Assembly (NCBI GenBank): GCA_947626095.1
Contig: CANQQV010000021.1
Span: 1 to 20,546, forward strand
From: an uncultured Bacilli bacterium
GTDB taxonomy: Bacteria; Bacillota_I; Bacilli_A; RF39; UBA660
DNA: 20,546 nucleotides
Direction of reading: 5' to 3'
This document shows, in pieces, positions 7,494 through 18,468 of this stretch. Made by a program: the position numbers and the translations under genes. The notes under the pieces are model-generated. The model was not told the origin of the DNA. It did not search any database and saw nothing but the letters and a program-made list of their open reading frames with translations. How positions within the stretch are numbered: the stretch's first letter is position 1; each line of letters opens with the position of its first letter.

Positions 7494-7934
7494 TTACATA
7501 TCGGTATCAATAATTATCGTACAAGGGCCATCATTATTGATCGTTACTTTCATATCCGCCCCAAATATTCCTTCCTCAGTTGGCACTACTTCTCTAAGTA
7601 ATTTATTAAATTCTTCATACATTGGTTTAGCTTTATCACCACCTAAAGCTTTAATATAACTAGGTCGATTTCCTTTTCTAACATCGCCATACAAAGTGAA
7701 TTGTGATATTGAAAGAATTTCTCCCTTTACATCAATAACACTTCTATTCATAACCCCATTTTCATCATCAAAAACTCTTAAATTAGTAATTTTTTTAACA
7801 CAATATTCTATTTCTTTAATTGTATCACTTTCCGTAAATCCAACTAATACATTTAAACCATTACCAATCTCACCAACGACGTTACCATCTACTTGGACTT
7901 TACTTCCTGTTACTCTTTGTACTACGCATCTCAT
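7494..7934 (-). CDS. dtd: D-aminoacyl-tRNA deacylase
   Basis: MRCVVQRV start, SQFTL and NDGP motifs, KGNRPSY. Overlaps the rel stop codon (ATGA), the usual rel-dtd order. Confidence 0.97.
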   Translation of the reverse strand: MRCVVQRVTGSKVQVDGNVVGEIGNGLNVLVGFTESDTIKEIEYCVKKITNLRVFDDENGVMNRSVIDVKGEILSISQFTLYGDVRKGNRPSYIKALGGDKAKPMYEEFNKLLREVVPTEEGIFGADMKVTINNDGPCTIIIDTDM

Positions 7935-10099
7935 AAATTATGTCCTCTTCCTACTTCAATTACAAAAGATAATGATTTTAAATCACTAATAAAGTTATCT
8001 AACTCTTGATTACTATTAGTTTTTATTGTTAAAGCATACTTAGTTGCGACATCTTCTTCTATTGTTTTAATCGCTTCAATATAAACATCTTTTTGTGAAG
8101 CTTTAGTTATAATATCTAATAATTGATTCTTACCTTTAACTACTTTAACATATATATCAGTTAAATAAGTAGCTTCACTAGCCATATTCCAAGCTACATC
8201 TATTAAACGATTACTATTTCTAATATTTATGCAATCAGCTTTATGGACTGTAATCCCTTCACCCTTTGTAATATAACCAACTATCTTATCTCCTTTAACT
8301 GGTTTACAACAATTAGCTATCGTAACTAAGATATCATCAGTACCAGCTACAATAATATCTCCTTTAATTGCTTTATTACTATTTATTGTTCGATTAGCTA
8401 CCTTACCTAAATAGATATCAACGACATCTTTCTTATCCCCATATATTAAATCAATAATATAACTAGGTGTAAATCTTAATGAACCTAAAGATAAATATAA
8501 ATCATCTAAATCTGTCATATGAGTATCTTTAAGTACTTTATTTAAATTTTCTTCACTAAATACTTCGTTAAAAGATAATTTTCTCTTTCTTATCTCTTTA
8601 TCTAACATTTCTTTACCAGTATTAATATAATTTACACGATCTTGTTTACTAAAGAATGACTTAATCTTTCCTTTAGCTTGACTCGTCTTAACAAAGTTTA
8701 ACCAGTCTTTATTAGGATTAGCATCTTTACCAGTATTTATCTTAACGATATCCCCATCTTGTAACTCATAATCAAGTGGTACTATCTGATCATTAACAAT
8801 CGCCCCAATTGTTCTATCGCCAACCCCACTATGAATACGATAAGCAAAGTCAATTGGTGTTGCTCCTTTAGGTAACTCTAAAACATCCCCTTTAGGCGTA
8901 TAACAATATATTAAATCAGAAAGTAATTCTTCACTTAAATTATTCGCAAACTCTGTATCTGATGAAACATCATTATTAGCTTCAATAATATTTCTAAACA
9001 TTTCTAGTTTATGTTCCATCATACTTTGTATTTTAACTGATCCTTTTTCTTTATAAGACCAGTGTGAAGCAATACCTTTTTCCGCTATTTCATCCATTTC
9101 ATAAGTTCTAACCTGTACTTCAAATAAATGACCATCGGGACCAAATACTGTTGTATGTAAACTTTGATACATATTTTCCTTTGGATTAGCTATATAATCT
9201 TTAAATCTTTTAGGCATTGGTCTAAATTTACTATGAATTAAACCAATTGTTAAATAACAATCAGCCTCCGTATCTACAAATACTCTTAACGCTAAGATAT
9301 CATATATATCATTCCATCTTTTACCATTATCCATTTTATTATATAAACTATGAACTGATTTAACTCTTCCTTTAATTTTAAAGTTAATTCCATTCTGCGT
9401 TAAGATATCCGAAATACTTTCTTTCATCTCAGTAAGTAAATCATTTAATTCTTCTCTGGAACTATCTAACTTTTCTAAAATATCATTATATACATCTGGT
9501 TTCGTATATTTTAAACATAAATCTTCTAGTTCACTTTTAATACTATTAATTCCTAAACGATGCGCAATTGGTATTAATACTCTCGTTGTTTCATTTGCTT
9601 TTTGTTTTTGTTCTTCGGCAGATAATGCATATATCGTTCTCATATTATGTAATCTATCAGCTAACTTAATAAACAGAACTCTAACATCCTCTGATAAACC
9701 AACTAATACTTTTCTTAAATAAGCAGCTGAAGAATCTTTTTCATCAGATAACTCTAATTTATTTATTTTACTAATACTTGTAACAATATCTGCTATTTCA
9801 CTACCAAATTCTTCTTTAATTTCATTAATTGTTGCATCACTATGATTAACAGTTTCATGTAATAACGCACAAGCTATTGTCACATAATCAACATTTAAAT
9901 CACATAAAATATTAGCTACTTCTAAAGGATGAGTAATATATGCATCTCCATTACGTCTTACCTTTCCCTCATGTTTAGCTAAAGCAAAACCATAAGCTTT
10001 ATTTATAACCTCTAATTCACTATCTTTTTTAATGAACTTTTTAACCTTTTCATATAATTCATCATAAGTAATCGGTTTTTCATGCAGATTTTCATTCAT
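7931..10099 (-). CDS. relA: Long RSH (p)ppGpp synthetase/hydrolase-family protein (HD-SYNTH-TGS-ZFD-ACT)
   Basis: Motifs KLADRLHNMRT, AHRLGI, RFKDYIA, YQSLHT, EVQVRT, TPKGD...DFAYRIHS and CCKPVKGD. Confidence 0.97.
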   Translation of the reverse strand: MNENLHEKPITYDELYEKVKKFIKKDSELEVINKAYGFALAKHEGKVRRNGDAYITHPLEVANILCDLNVDYVTIACALLHETVNHSDATINEIKEEFGSEIADIVTSISKINKLELSDEKDSSAAYLRKVLVGLSEDVRVLFIKLADRLHNMRTIYALSAEEQKQKANETTRVLIPIAHRLGINSIKSELEDLCLKYTKPDVYNDILEKLDSSREELNDLLTEMKESISDILTQNGINFKIKGRVKSVHSLYNKMDNGKRWNDIYDILALRVFVDTEADCYLTIGLIHSKFRPMPKRFKDYIANPKENMYQSLHTTVFGPDGHLFEVQVRTYEMDEIAEKGIASHWSYKEKGSVKIQSMMEHKLEMFRNIIEANNDVSSDTEFANNLSEELLSDLIYCYTPKGDVLELPKGATPIDFAYRIHSGVGDRTIGAIVNDQIVPLDYELQDGDIVKINTGKDANPNKDWLNFVKTSQAKGKIKSFFSKQDRVNYINTGKEMLDKEIRKRKLSFNEVFSEENLNKVLKDTHMTDLDDLYLSLGSLRFTPSYIIDLIYGDKKDVVDIYLGKVANRTINSNKAIKGDIIVAGTDDILVTIANCCKPVKGDKIVGYITKGEGITVHKADCINIRNSNRLIDVAWNMASEATYLTDIYVKVVKGKNQLLDIITKASQKDVYIEAIKTIEEDVATKYALTIKTNSNQELDNFISDLKSLSFVIEVGRGHNL

Positions 10100-10413
10100 T
10101 TTGTCTTTTCCTCCTCCGATATATCTTTTAATTTAGGTAATTCTATTTCTTCTATTTTATAATTCTCTGGCATATGTATTTTATGATAGTACTTCATAAT
10201 TTCTATATTAGGAATATTTAAAATATCATGAACCATATCACATAGTTCTAACCCTACACTCTTATTCCATCTATTTAGTCTCATATAATCCCAAATATCG
10301 ATCTCTTTAATACTTTTATAACCATCTTTATGTATTCTTTTCATCTTACTACGTAAAGCTGGCAATATACGTTTATATAGTTCTTCCTGACTATTAAATA
10401 CTATCTCTTCCAT
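10096..10413 (-). CDS. comN: ComN-like post-transcriptional regulator
   Basis: 105 aa with LRSK...GY...DIWDY...W...L..MVHDILNI pattern, and located next to spoVB as in Bacillus. Confidence 0.7.
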   Translation of the reverse strand: MEEIVFNSQEELYKRILPALRSKMKRIHKDGYKSIKEIDIWDYMRLNRWNKSVGLELCDMVHDILNIPNIEIMKYYHKIHMPENYKIEEIELPKLKDISEEEKTK

Positions 10414-10486
10414 ATAATCACCTAAATAAACCCCTTACTAAACTTATTATATAACAAAACAAATAACTAATAAAGGAGAAAAGACT

Positions 10487-11770
10487 ACGAAAAATATTTT
10501 TTGGAAATCAACTTTTATTCTATTAATCGGTGGTTGTCTTACCAAAATAATCGGTTTAATCATTAAAATAATTTACACTCGTTATCTCGGTATTGAAGGT
10601 ATTAGTTTATACTCATTAATCTCTCCTACGTATTCTCTTTTAATGAGTTTAGCTTCATTTAATATGTTATTATCGGTAAGTAAAAGAATAAGTTCTAATA
10701 TTAATAGTAAAAAAGTAATTATTAATTCCTGTTATATTATGTTTATTTTAAATATTATCTTAATTACTATTATGTTTCTAAGTACTAAGTATATTAGTCA
10801 TAACTTATTAAAAAATAATAATACTTACTACCCACTCCTAGCTTGTACCTTAACTCTTCCTTTCATTTCCTTAGGTTACATCATCAAAGGATATTTTTAC
10901 GGCAAACAAAATATGACTCCCCACATGGTAAGTAACGTCTTAGAACAACTATTTCGTTTATTTATTATTACTCTAATCTTACCTAAAATCTTAAAATACG
11001 GCATAATTGTATCTGTTACTGTCTTTATATTATTTAATATTTTAAGCGAATCATTCTCTATCTTAGTCTTTGTCTTCTTTTTACCTAAACACATCCATTT
11101 AACTAAAAAAGACTTTAACTTTGATTTTCACGAAACTAAAGAAATTCTAAATATTTCCATTCCCTCTATATCTGGTCGTTTACTAGGTAATATCGGTTTC
11201 TTCTTAGAGCCTATCTTACTAACTAATATCTTATTATTTAAAGGTAGTTCTCTATCATATATTACTAACGAATATGGTATATATAATGCCTATGCTATTA
11301 GTACCTTGCTATTTCCTTCTTTTTTTATAACCGCTATTAGTAACGCTTTATTACCAGAAATATCTAAAGAATATAGTCAAAATAATATTTATATGGTTAA
11401 AAAAAGAATAAAAGAATCTTTATTTATTTCTCTTATAATTGGTCTACTATGTACTACCTTCGTCTTTATCTTTCGTAATCCTATTTTAAAACTTCTATAT
11501 AATACTACCCAAGGCAGTAATTACATCGCCTTATTAAGTCCTGTCTTTATTCTCTTTTACTTAGAATCACCCTTAAATAGTATTTTAGTTGGTTTAAACA
11601 AAGTTAAAAGTTGTATGTTAATTAGTGTTACGGGCATGATTATTAAACTTCTAACTATTATTATCTTTGGTCTTTTAAATTTTAAAATATATGCTCTTAT
11701 TATTTCTGAAATAATTAATATTATCTATGTAACTATTTTAAATTATCACGTCTTAAAAAAGAGTATTTAA
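10487..11770 (+). CDS. spoVB: SpoVB/MurJ-like MOP-superfamily flippase; frame extends 52 codons upstream of the track start to an ACG
   Basis: Multi-TM protein. The extension KNIFWKSTFILLIGGCLTKIIGLIIKIIYTRYLGIEGISLY matches the typical family N-terminus. KGYFYGKQNM.P...S.VLEQLFR motif present. SD AAAGGAG lies 8 nt before the ACG. Confidence 0.75.
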   Translation, partial: TKNIFWKSTFILLIGGCLTKIIGLIIKIIYTRYLGIEGISLYSLISPTYSLLMSLASFNMLLSVSKRISSNINSKKVIINSCYIMFILNIILITIMFLSTKYISHNLLKNNNTYYPLLACTLTLPFISLGYIIKGYFYGKQNMTPHMVSNVLEQLFRLFIITLILPKILKYGIIVSVTVFILFNILSESFSILVFVFFLPKHIHLTKKDFNFDFHETKEILNISIPSISGRLLGNIGFFLEPILLTNILLFKGSSLSYITNEYGIYNAYAISTLLFPSFFITAISNALLPEISKEYSQNNIYMVKKRIKESLFISLIIGLLCTTFVFIFRNPILKLLYNTTQGSNYIALLSPVFILFYLESPLNSILVGLNKVKSCMLISVTGMIIKLLTIIIFGLLNFKIYALIISEIINIIYVTILNYHVLKKSI

Positions 11771-11776
11771 AAAATA

Positions 11777-12562
11777 CTAGTTTCCTAGTATTTTACTAAC
11801 TTTATTAAAATATAAATTATTAAGATCTATTTTAAATTCAAATTGATATACGGGGTACTTATCCCAAGCTATTTCTTCATCACTATAAATTTTATCTTGA
11901 ACTTTATCTCCCTTAGCTTCTAAATTATCATAGCCTATCATATAAAACGTTTCTTTATCTTCATCAAATGTATCAATACTTTGATGTAAATAAGCCATTC
12001 TAACATTTACTAATAACTTCGTATCACTCTTTTTAGCACTATCTAATTTTATTTTATACATCGAAGTAGGCCCCTCAGCTCCATAACAGCCATTTGTTTC
12101 TATCAAATAACCATCATTATACTTAATACTAAAATATCCAACTTCATTTGTACTTTTATATCGGTCTAAAAACGTTGCATCTTCAAAATACAATTTTTCT
12201 AAATCTTTATCTTTTACAACATAATTATCACTACACATATAATAATCATGTATATTTGTATAATAATTTAAAACTAAAAACATCTTTTGCTCATCACTTA
12301 AATCACTAACTTTTACTTCATTACCACTATAAAGCAAGTCTATAACATTAATATTAATATTTTCAAAATAGTCAATATTAATCATATTAAAACCTCTTTG
12401 GACTATTTCATCATTAATATCAACGTCTTTTAATTCTTGGCTAACTTCATAATGTTCAATTTTACTATTATTTTTAAGAACTACTATTCCTATTATCCCG
12501 ACAATCATAATTCCTACTATGCCAATTACTAAATATATTACATTATTTACTTTCATCTTCAT
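11777..12562 (-). CDS. Hypothetical membrane-anchored protein
   Basis: Long ORF with an N-terminal TM helix after MKMKVNN. Start reassigned from the TTG at 12604 to the ATG at 12562 (or 12556). Confidence 0.7.
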   Translation of the reverse strand: MKMKVNNVIYLVIGIVGIMIVGIIGIVVLKNNSKIEHYEVSQELKDVDINDEIVQRGFNMINIDYFENININVIDLLYSGNEVKVSDLSDEQKMFLVLNYYTNIHDYYMCSDNYVVKDKDLEKLYFEDATFLDRYKSTNEVGYFSIKYNDGYLIETNGCYGAEGPTSMYKIKLDSAKKSDTKLLVNVRMAYLHQSIDTFDEDKETFYMIGYDNLEAKGDKVQDKIYSDEEIAWDKYPVYQFEFKIDLNNLYFNKVSKILGN

Positions 12563-12606
12563 CACTTCTATTATAAAGTTATAACAAACTTCACTAAAAA
12601 GCAAGA

Positions 12607-13239
12607 TTATTTTTTCTTAATGATATATAAATGTTTTTTATTATATATACCATAAAATATATCTTTTAACACTAAATTATTATTAAGTAATATCTTATCT
12701 AACCATTCTTCTGTCTTATCAATAAATTTTAAATTATCTTTTTGCATAACTCCTTCAACAATCACCGGTAATGGTAATGAAGACTTTATTTTCAAAGGTT
12801 TATAAGGAAACAAAGATAAATTACCATTAGGTTCTAAGAAAGCGTATTCAACATCTTCTAAAGATGTAAGTCCTTTCTTTCTGAGTTCAATTAATAAATC
12901 ATCTAACGAATATCTTTGTGATACTAAGTTCTTATATATTACTTTACCATCTTTAATAATAATACTTGGTTTACCGCCAAATAAACGATTAAAAGTACGT
13001 GATTTCAAAGTAATAAACCCCAAAGTTAATTCTAAGATAACTAAAACTGCTATTGGTAATACTGTATATAAAATACTTTGATCTAACTTTTCAATACTCA
13101 TTGCTACTAATTCTGCAATCAAAATTGAAACGATTAAATCAATAATTCCTAACTGTCCAACTTCTCTTTTACCCATCACTCGATAACAAAACGTTACAAA
13201 AAAATAAAAGAATAATGTTCTAAGTACTGTATTAATCAC
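12607..13239 (-). CDS. DUF421 (YetF/YrbG-like) membrane protein
   Basis: RVMGKREVGQL...DLIVSILIAE, GKPSIIIKDG, LRKKG...DVEYAFLEPNGNLS motifs. Start is probably GTG 13239 after SD AGGTGA (track gives 13248). Confidence 0.9.
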   Translation of the reverse strand: MINTVLRTLFFYFFVTFCYRVMGKREVGQLGIIDLIVSILIAELVAMSIEKLDQSILYTVLPIAVLVILELTLGFITLKSRTFNRLFGGKPSIIIKDGKVIYKNLVSQRYSLDDLLIELRKKGLTSLEDVEYAFLEPNGNLSLFPYKPLKIKSSLPLPVIVEGVMQKDNLKFIDKTEEWLDKILLNNNLVLKDIFYGIYNKKHLYIIKKK

Positions 13240-13308
13240 TTTTATCACCTATTTATATTATGGTAATATCTTCTATCTTTTAATCATATTATTAAATAGG
13301 TGATAAAA
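13240..13308. repeat. 16-bp perfect inverted repeat made of the ribosome-binding regions of two divergent genes
   Basis: ttttatcacctattta (13240-13255) and taaataggtgataaaa (13293-13308). Confidence 0.8.
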
Positions 13309-13673
13309 TGAAACTCTTAAAAAAATATGATTATATTTATAAATTTATAATTTTTATTATCTTACTCTCTTTTATTTTAACTATCTTTAATTTAATCTTT
13401 AGTTTTAATAATCAAATTAATCGCTTACTAATTATTATAAGTATGATAATTTATTCTTTTATCTGTGGCTTTAAAAGTGGTACTAAAGCTTTAAATAAAG
13501 GTTACAAAGAAGGGTTTAAAACTGGTCTAATTAATATTATCATTCTCTTTATTTTAAGTCTTTTAACTTTTAAATTTAGTTTTACTATTCGTAAAGTAAT
13601 CTATTATCTCATTATACTTATTAGTACTATTTTTGGTAGTATTATCGGCATAAATAAAAAGAATTCTAATTAG
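13308..13673 (+). CDS. TIGR04086/YrzE-like small membrane protein
   Basis: Four TM segments, GF..G.KA..KG...G motif, C-terminal GSIIGIN, adjacent to DUF421 and spoVB. Confidence 0.75.
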   Translation: MKLLKKYDYIYKFIIFIILLSFILTIFNLIFSFNNQINRLLIIISMIIYSFICGFKSGTKALNKGYKEGFKTGLINIIILFILSLLTFKFSFTIRKVIYYLIILISTIFGSIIGINKKNSN

Positions 13674-14775
13674 TTAGATTAGAATTCACTTGATTATCTC
13701 CTGGTTCCGGTATTTTATATATAACTGGTCCAACATTTTCTACCACTGTTTGTAATTGATTATTACCTATTGCGGTAAATACAGTTCCATCATCTAATGT
13801 TAATGTATTTCCAGCAACCGTAAATTTATGATTTTCTCCTTTATATATTAAACCATCTAAAGCATTAAGAACTAAATTATCCGTTGTTGACTCTATATTT
13901 CCATCAGTTGAACTATATATATTACCTAAATATATACCAAATTCTAACGTATAATTATTTACCTTTAACAGAGTTGCTGATGATATATCAATATTATTAT
14001 CACTAATATATTTAAGACGATCTTCTTTTAACGTCCTAATTGCTTCATCTTCGTTATTTCTATCATCTTCATATCTTTTTACTTTTGTTAAATAATCATC
14101 TTTAAAAGTACCTTTTTCTATTTCATAGAATACTAATTCATATTTAGAATGAACATAATCTTTATTATATTGACTAACTTCATCTTCATTAGTTGCTTTA
14201 ATCGTTGCATCTAAAGCTGTCCCATCAATTAATTGTGAAGCTATTGTATATTTCCCAAAACGATTATCACCAATATATAAATACCATTCAACTTGTTCAA
14301 GAGTTACTGGTGTTATCAAATAAAATTTAGCATTACTGTATTGTCTTGTCTTAAATACTTCGTTATTTTTTAAATATAATATATCGCTCATTTCTACATC
14401 TCGGTCAGTATACCTAACAATTAATTCTGGACCACTAGTATTACTATTCAACTCTGCAAAAGCAATATCTATTTTATCGAAATTTTCAAAATAATCATTT
14501 AAATACTCACCATATTTATTCGCCCAATCGTAATCAGTATCAAAGGTAATTTTTTCATCTTGCTTTTCTTCTTTTTTCGTTGGTCCACTACTACTATTAC
14601 CATTTAAAAAGAAATAACCACCTATAAAACCTATTACAACTACTAAAGCTATAACTACAACTATCGGATTAAATTTCTTTTTTGGCTTATTAGTATTAAC
14701 ATTATTTTCTTGCTTAACTTCTTCTCCATTAACATTAATACTAGGCTTAATAACATTATTATTTTGATTATCCAT
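13666..14775 (-). CDS. Hypothetical membrane-anchored protein
   Basis: 369 aa with SD AGGAG, an N-rich cytoplasmic tail, KPKKK plus a TM helix, then an extracellular domain shared with the upstream gene. Confidence 0.8.
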   Translation of the reverse strand: MDNQNNNVIKPSINVNGEEVKQENNVNTNKPKKKFNPIVVVIALVVVIGFIGGYFFLNGNSSSGPTKKEEKQDEKITFDTDYDWANKYGEYLNDYFENFDKIDIAFAELNSNTSGPELIVRYTDRDVEMSDILYLKNNEVFKTRQYSNAKFYLITPVTLEQVEWYLYIGDNRFGKYTIASQLIDGTALDATIKATNEDEVSQYNKDYVHSKYELVFYEIEKGTFKDDYLTKVKRYEDDRNNEDEAIRTLKEDRLKYISDNNIDISSATLLKVNNYTLEFGIYLGNIYSSTDGNIESTTDNLVLNALDGLIYKGENHKFTVAGNTLTLDDGTVFTAIGNNQLQTVVENVGPVIYKIPEPGDNQVNSNLTN

Positions 14776-14791
14776 TATCTCATCTCCTATT

Positions 14792-17122
14792 TTAAGCTAA
14801 GTGACTTTCCCAATCTGTTATTAAATAACTCTTTGTATTAGCTTGATATTCAACTGTAATTGTTACAGATTCATATAATTGATTTGTTAAATAATTATAA
14901 ATATTTAATTTAACTTTTGAAATTCCATCTATAGATGATAACAAAGTATAATCTTTAAGATAAGGTCCATCACCAACTCCTAAAGTAGACCAATAAACTT
15001 TACCATTATATTCTGTAAAACCATAAGCTACATCATTATGAGCAAATAAATTAAATCTATCTTTAGAAACATATAGTGCTAATTTATCTTTTAACTCATC
15101 TATACTGTTAAGTCCTTCTACTTCATAAACCATTTCATCTTGATTACCATTAGGTAATTTAATATCTACTTGCTTATAACTATATATACTTGGCCATCCA
15201 TAAGTTGCCCCTAAGAAAGCAGCATTAAACCACTTAATATGATCTCCTATTTTTTCTTTGAAATTATCTTGCGTTAAGGTAGAAGTCTTTATATCTTCTT
15301 TTTCTTCATTTAATTTTTCTAACTTATTATCTAATTCATTATCTGAAATTAATTCATAGTTTTTCTTATCATCATATGTATCTTCGATATTCTCTAAATC
15401 ATTTTTAAGTTCTTTACTTCTTAATTTTTGATAATTAATATGAGCTTCCATATCAACATAACTATTATTAACTTCACTATCATCAATTGTATCTAATTTA
15501 TTTTTTATAATACCATCTGCTTTAGTATATGTGCTACCTTTTTCTTTAATATACCAAGTCATATCTTTAGTATTAATATTATATAAATTAACTAAATGTG
15601 CTCTATCAAATAATTTAGATTCATATACTTTTTTATTATCTATATATAAAACATTTAATTGCTCTTTATTAGCATCACAATTTATACAATATACTACTTC
15701 TTTTTTAATAACCAATTCTGGCACATTATCTTTATTAAAATCAATCAGTACGCCTTTATAATCACCATCTAATTCATCTTTAAGATATTTATAGTAATAA
15801 TCTTCCCACTTTGTTTCAGTTTTTTTAGTATTTTCTTTTTCTTCTGTTCTGACAAATCTATACTTTGCAAAATAATCATATGACACTTTACCAGTTATAA
15901 ATAAGAAAGCTAACGCTCCATCTATTACCAAACAAATCATTAATGGTACTAAAACTCCTAATACTGGATTATATGGTTTTTTACTAATTCCTCTTTTATT
16001 CGTATGTTTTACTTCCCATTTTAAAGCTGATATTGGAATCCAGAAAGCATATATACCTAAAGTAATAATCGTAAAGAATAACCATTTAAAACATAATCCC
16101 CATATACCTATTGCTTTACCATCAAATTCTAACTCATCACCATCTATAATCATATGTTTAATACGCCAACTAATAGCATAGGCATATGCACATGGTGCAA
16201 GTAAACCTAAACTTAATACACTAATTAAAAATGAACATATTGAAACCCCGATAATTTGTAATGTTGTTCCTGTAAAGAATGATTGACCACCTACATTACC
16301 TTCATAATGAACATGTTTAGTAACCCATTTATTCCAAGCTACTGGTATAAAGAATGTATATATTCCTAAGGTAATTACTGATAGTAAAATCCATAACAAT
16401 ACATGACCTAATAATGAGAAATAACCACCATCAAAGACTAATCTTTTACCATTAATCACTGTATGTTTATATTCCCATTTTAATATTAGTATCTCCGCTA
16501 ACGGATATAATATACCTAATGAAATAACGGTTAATAAAACTCCTAATAAATGCCAACCAAGATAACCTAATACTCCGCCATCAAAGAAACTACTAGGATG
16601 TCCATTCTCATACTCAAAAGTAGGTATATTAGGTTTCACTTCATTATCAACTACTGCTACCTGTTCTTTCACTTCTTCACTAGGTTCTTTAACTTCCTCT
16701 TTTACTTCAGGAACTACTTCTTTACTTACTAATTCCTTTACTTCTTCCTGTGAAGCTTTAATTTCATCTTTTATATCATTTATCTCTTCAACTTGTTTTT
16801 TAGAAACTTCTTTTACTTCTTTAATTGCATCTTTCGTTTCACTTTTTATTTCGCCAATAACTTCTTTAGTTAATTCTTTTTTAAGTTCTTCTTTAATCGC
16901 CTTTAAATTAGTTTCTTGAACTCCTTTAACTGCTACTGTTGCCACATCTTTTTTAACTACTTTATTAGAATTACTTTTAGCTACTGGTTTAATCGTTTCC
17001 TTCTTCGTTGTTTTCTTCACTGGTGCTTTCTTTGTACTTGCTTTTTTCGTTGCTTTAGCTTTTGGATTGTTCTGTGATCTTTTTGTAACTTTACTTTTTT
17101 TCTCTTTTTTTTCTTCAGCCAT
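14792..17122 (-). CDS. Multidomain membrane protein: K/E-rich low-complexity N-terminus, four DUF898/YjgN-like membrane repeats, extracellular C-terminus
   Basis: Four F(D/T)G...(IT/IS/LS)LG(I/L)...P......W..KH repeats at about 16000-16595. Start is probably ATG 17122 after GGAGG. Confidence 0.75.
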   Translation of the reverse strand: MAEEKKEKKSKVTKRSQNNPKAKATKKASTKKAPVKKTTKKETIKPVAKSNSNKVVKKDVATVAVKGVQETNLKAIKEELKKELTKEVIGEIKSETKDAIKEVKEVSKKQVEEINDIKDEIKASQEEVKELVSKEVVPEVKEEVKEPSEEVKEQVAVVDNEVKPNIPTFEYENGHPSSFFDGGVLGYLGWHLLGVLLTVISLGILYPLAEILILKWEYKHTVINGKRLVFDGGYFSLLGHVLLWILLSVITLGIYTFFIPVAWNKWVTKHVHYEGNVGGQSFFTGTTLQIIGVSICSFLISVLSLGLLAPCAYAYAISWRIKHMIIDGDELEFDGKAIGIWGLCFKWLFFTIITLGIYAFWIPISALKWEVKHTNKRGISKKPYNPVLGVLVPLMICLVIDGALAFLFITGKVSYDYFAKYRFVRTEEKENTKKTETKWEDYYYKYLKDELDGDYKGVLIDFNKDNVPELVIKKEVVYCINCDANKEQLNVLYIDNKKVYESKLFDRAHLVNLYNINTKDMTWYIKEKGSTYTKADGIIKNKLDTIDDSEVNNSYVDMEAHINYQKLRSKELKNDLENIEDTYDDKKNYELISDNELDNKLEKLNEEKEDIKTSTLTQDNFKEKIGDHIKWFNAAFLGATYGWPSIYSYKQVDIKLPNGNQDEMVYEVEGLNSIDELKDKLALYVSKDRFNLFAHNDVAYGFTEYNGKVYWSTLGVGDGPYLKDYTLLSSIDGISKVKLNIYNYLTNQLYESVTITVEYQANTKSYLITDWESHLA

Positions 17123-17198
17123 CTCTAACGCCTCCACTACTATCTATCTATTATCTATATCATAACACAAAATAAAAATAGATTAAATAAAAATGAAA

Positions 17199-18377
<1,179 letters not shown>

Positions 18378-18382
18378 CTAAG

Positions 18383-18411
18383 ATTATACCAAATAATAAA
18401 TTAGATAACAA
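18383..18411 (-). promoter_or_regulatory. Probable sigma-A promoter for tgt
   Basis: TTGTTA, 17-bp spacer, TATAAT with an extended -10 TG. Confidence 0.6.
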
Positions 18412-18414
18412 TAC

Positions 18415-18442
18415 TTGCAATAAAAAGATAAATAAGTATAAT
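18415..18442 (+). promoter_or_regulatory. Probable sigma-A promoter for the two rightmost genes
   Basis: TTGCAA, 16-bp spacer, TATAAT, followed by SD AAAGGGGGGA before ATG 18469. Confidence 0.6.
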
Positions 18443-18468
18443 AAATACGACACAAAGGGGGGATTATT

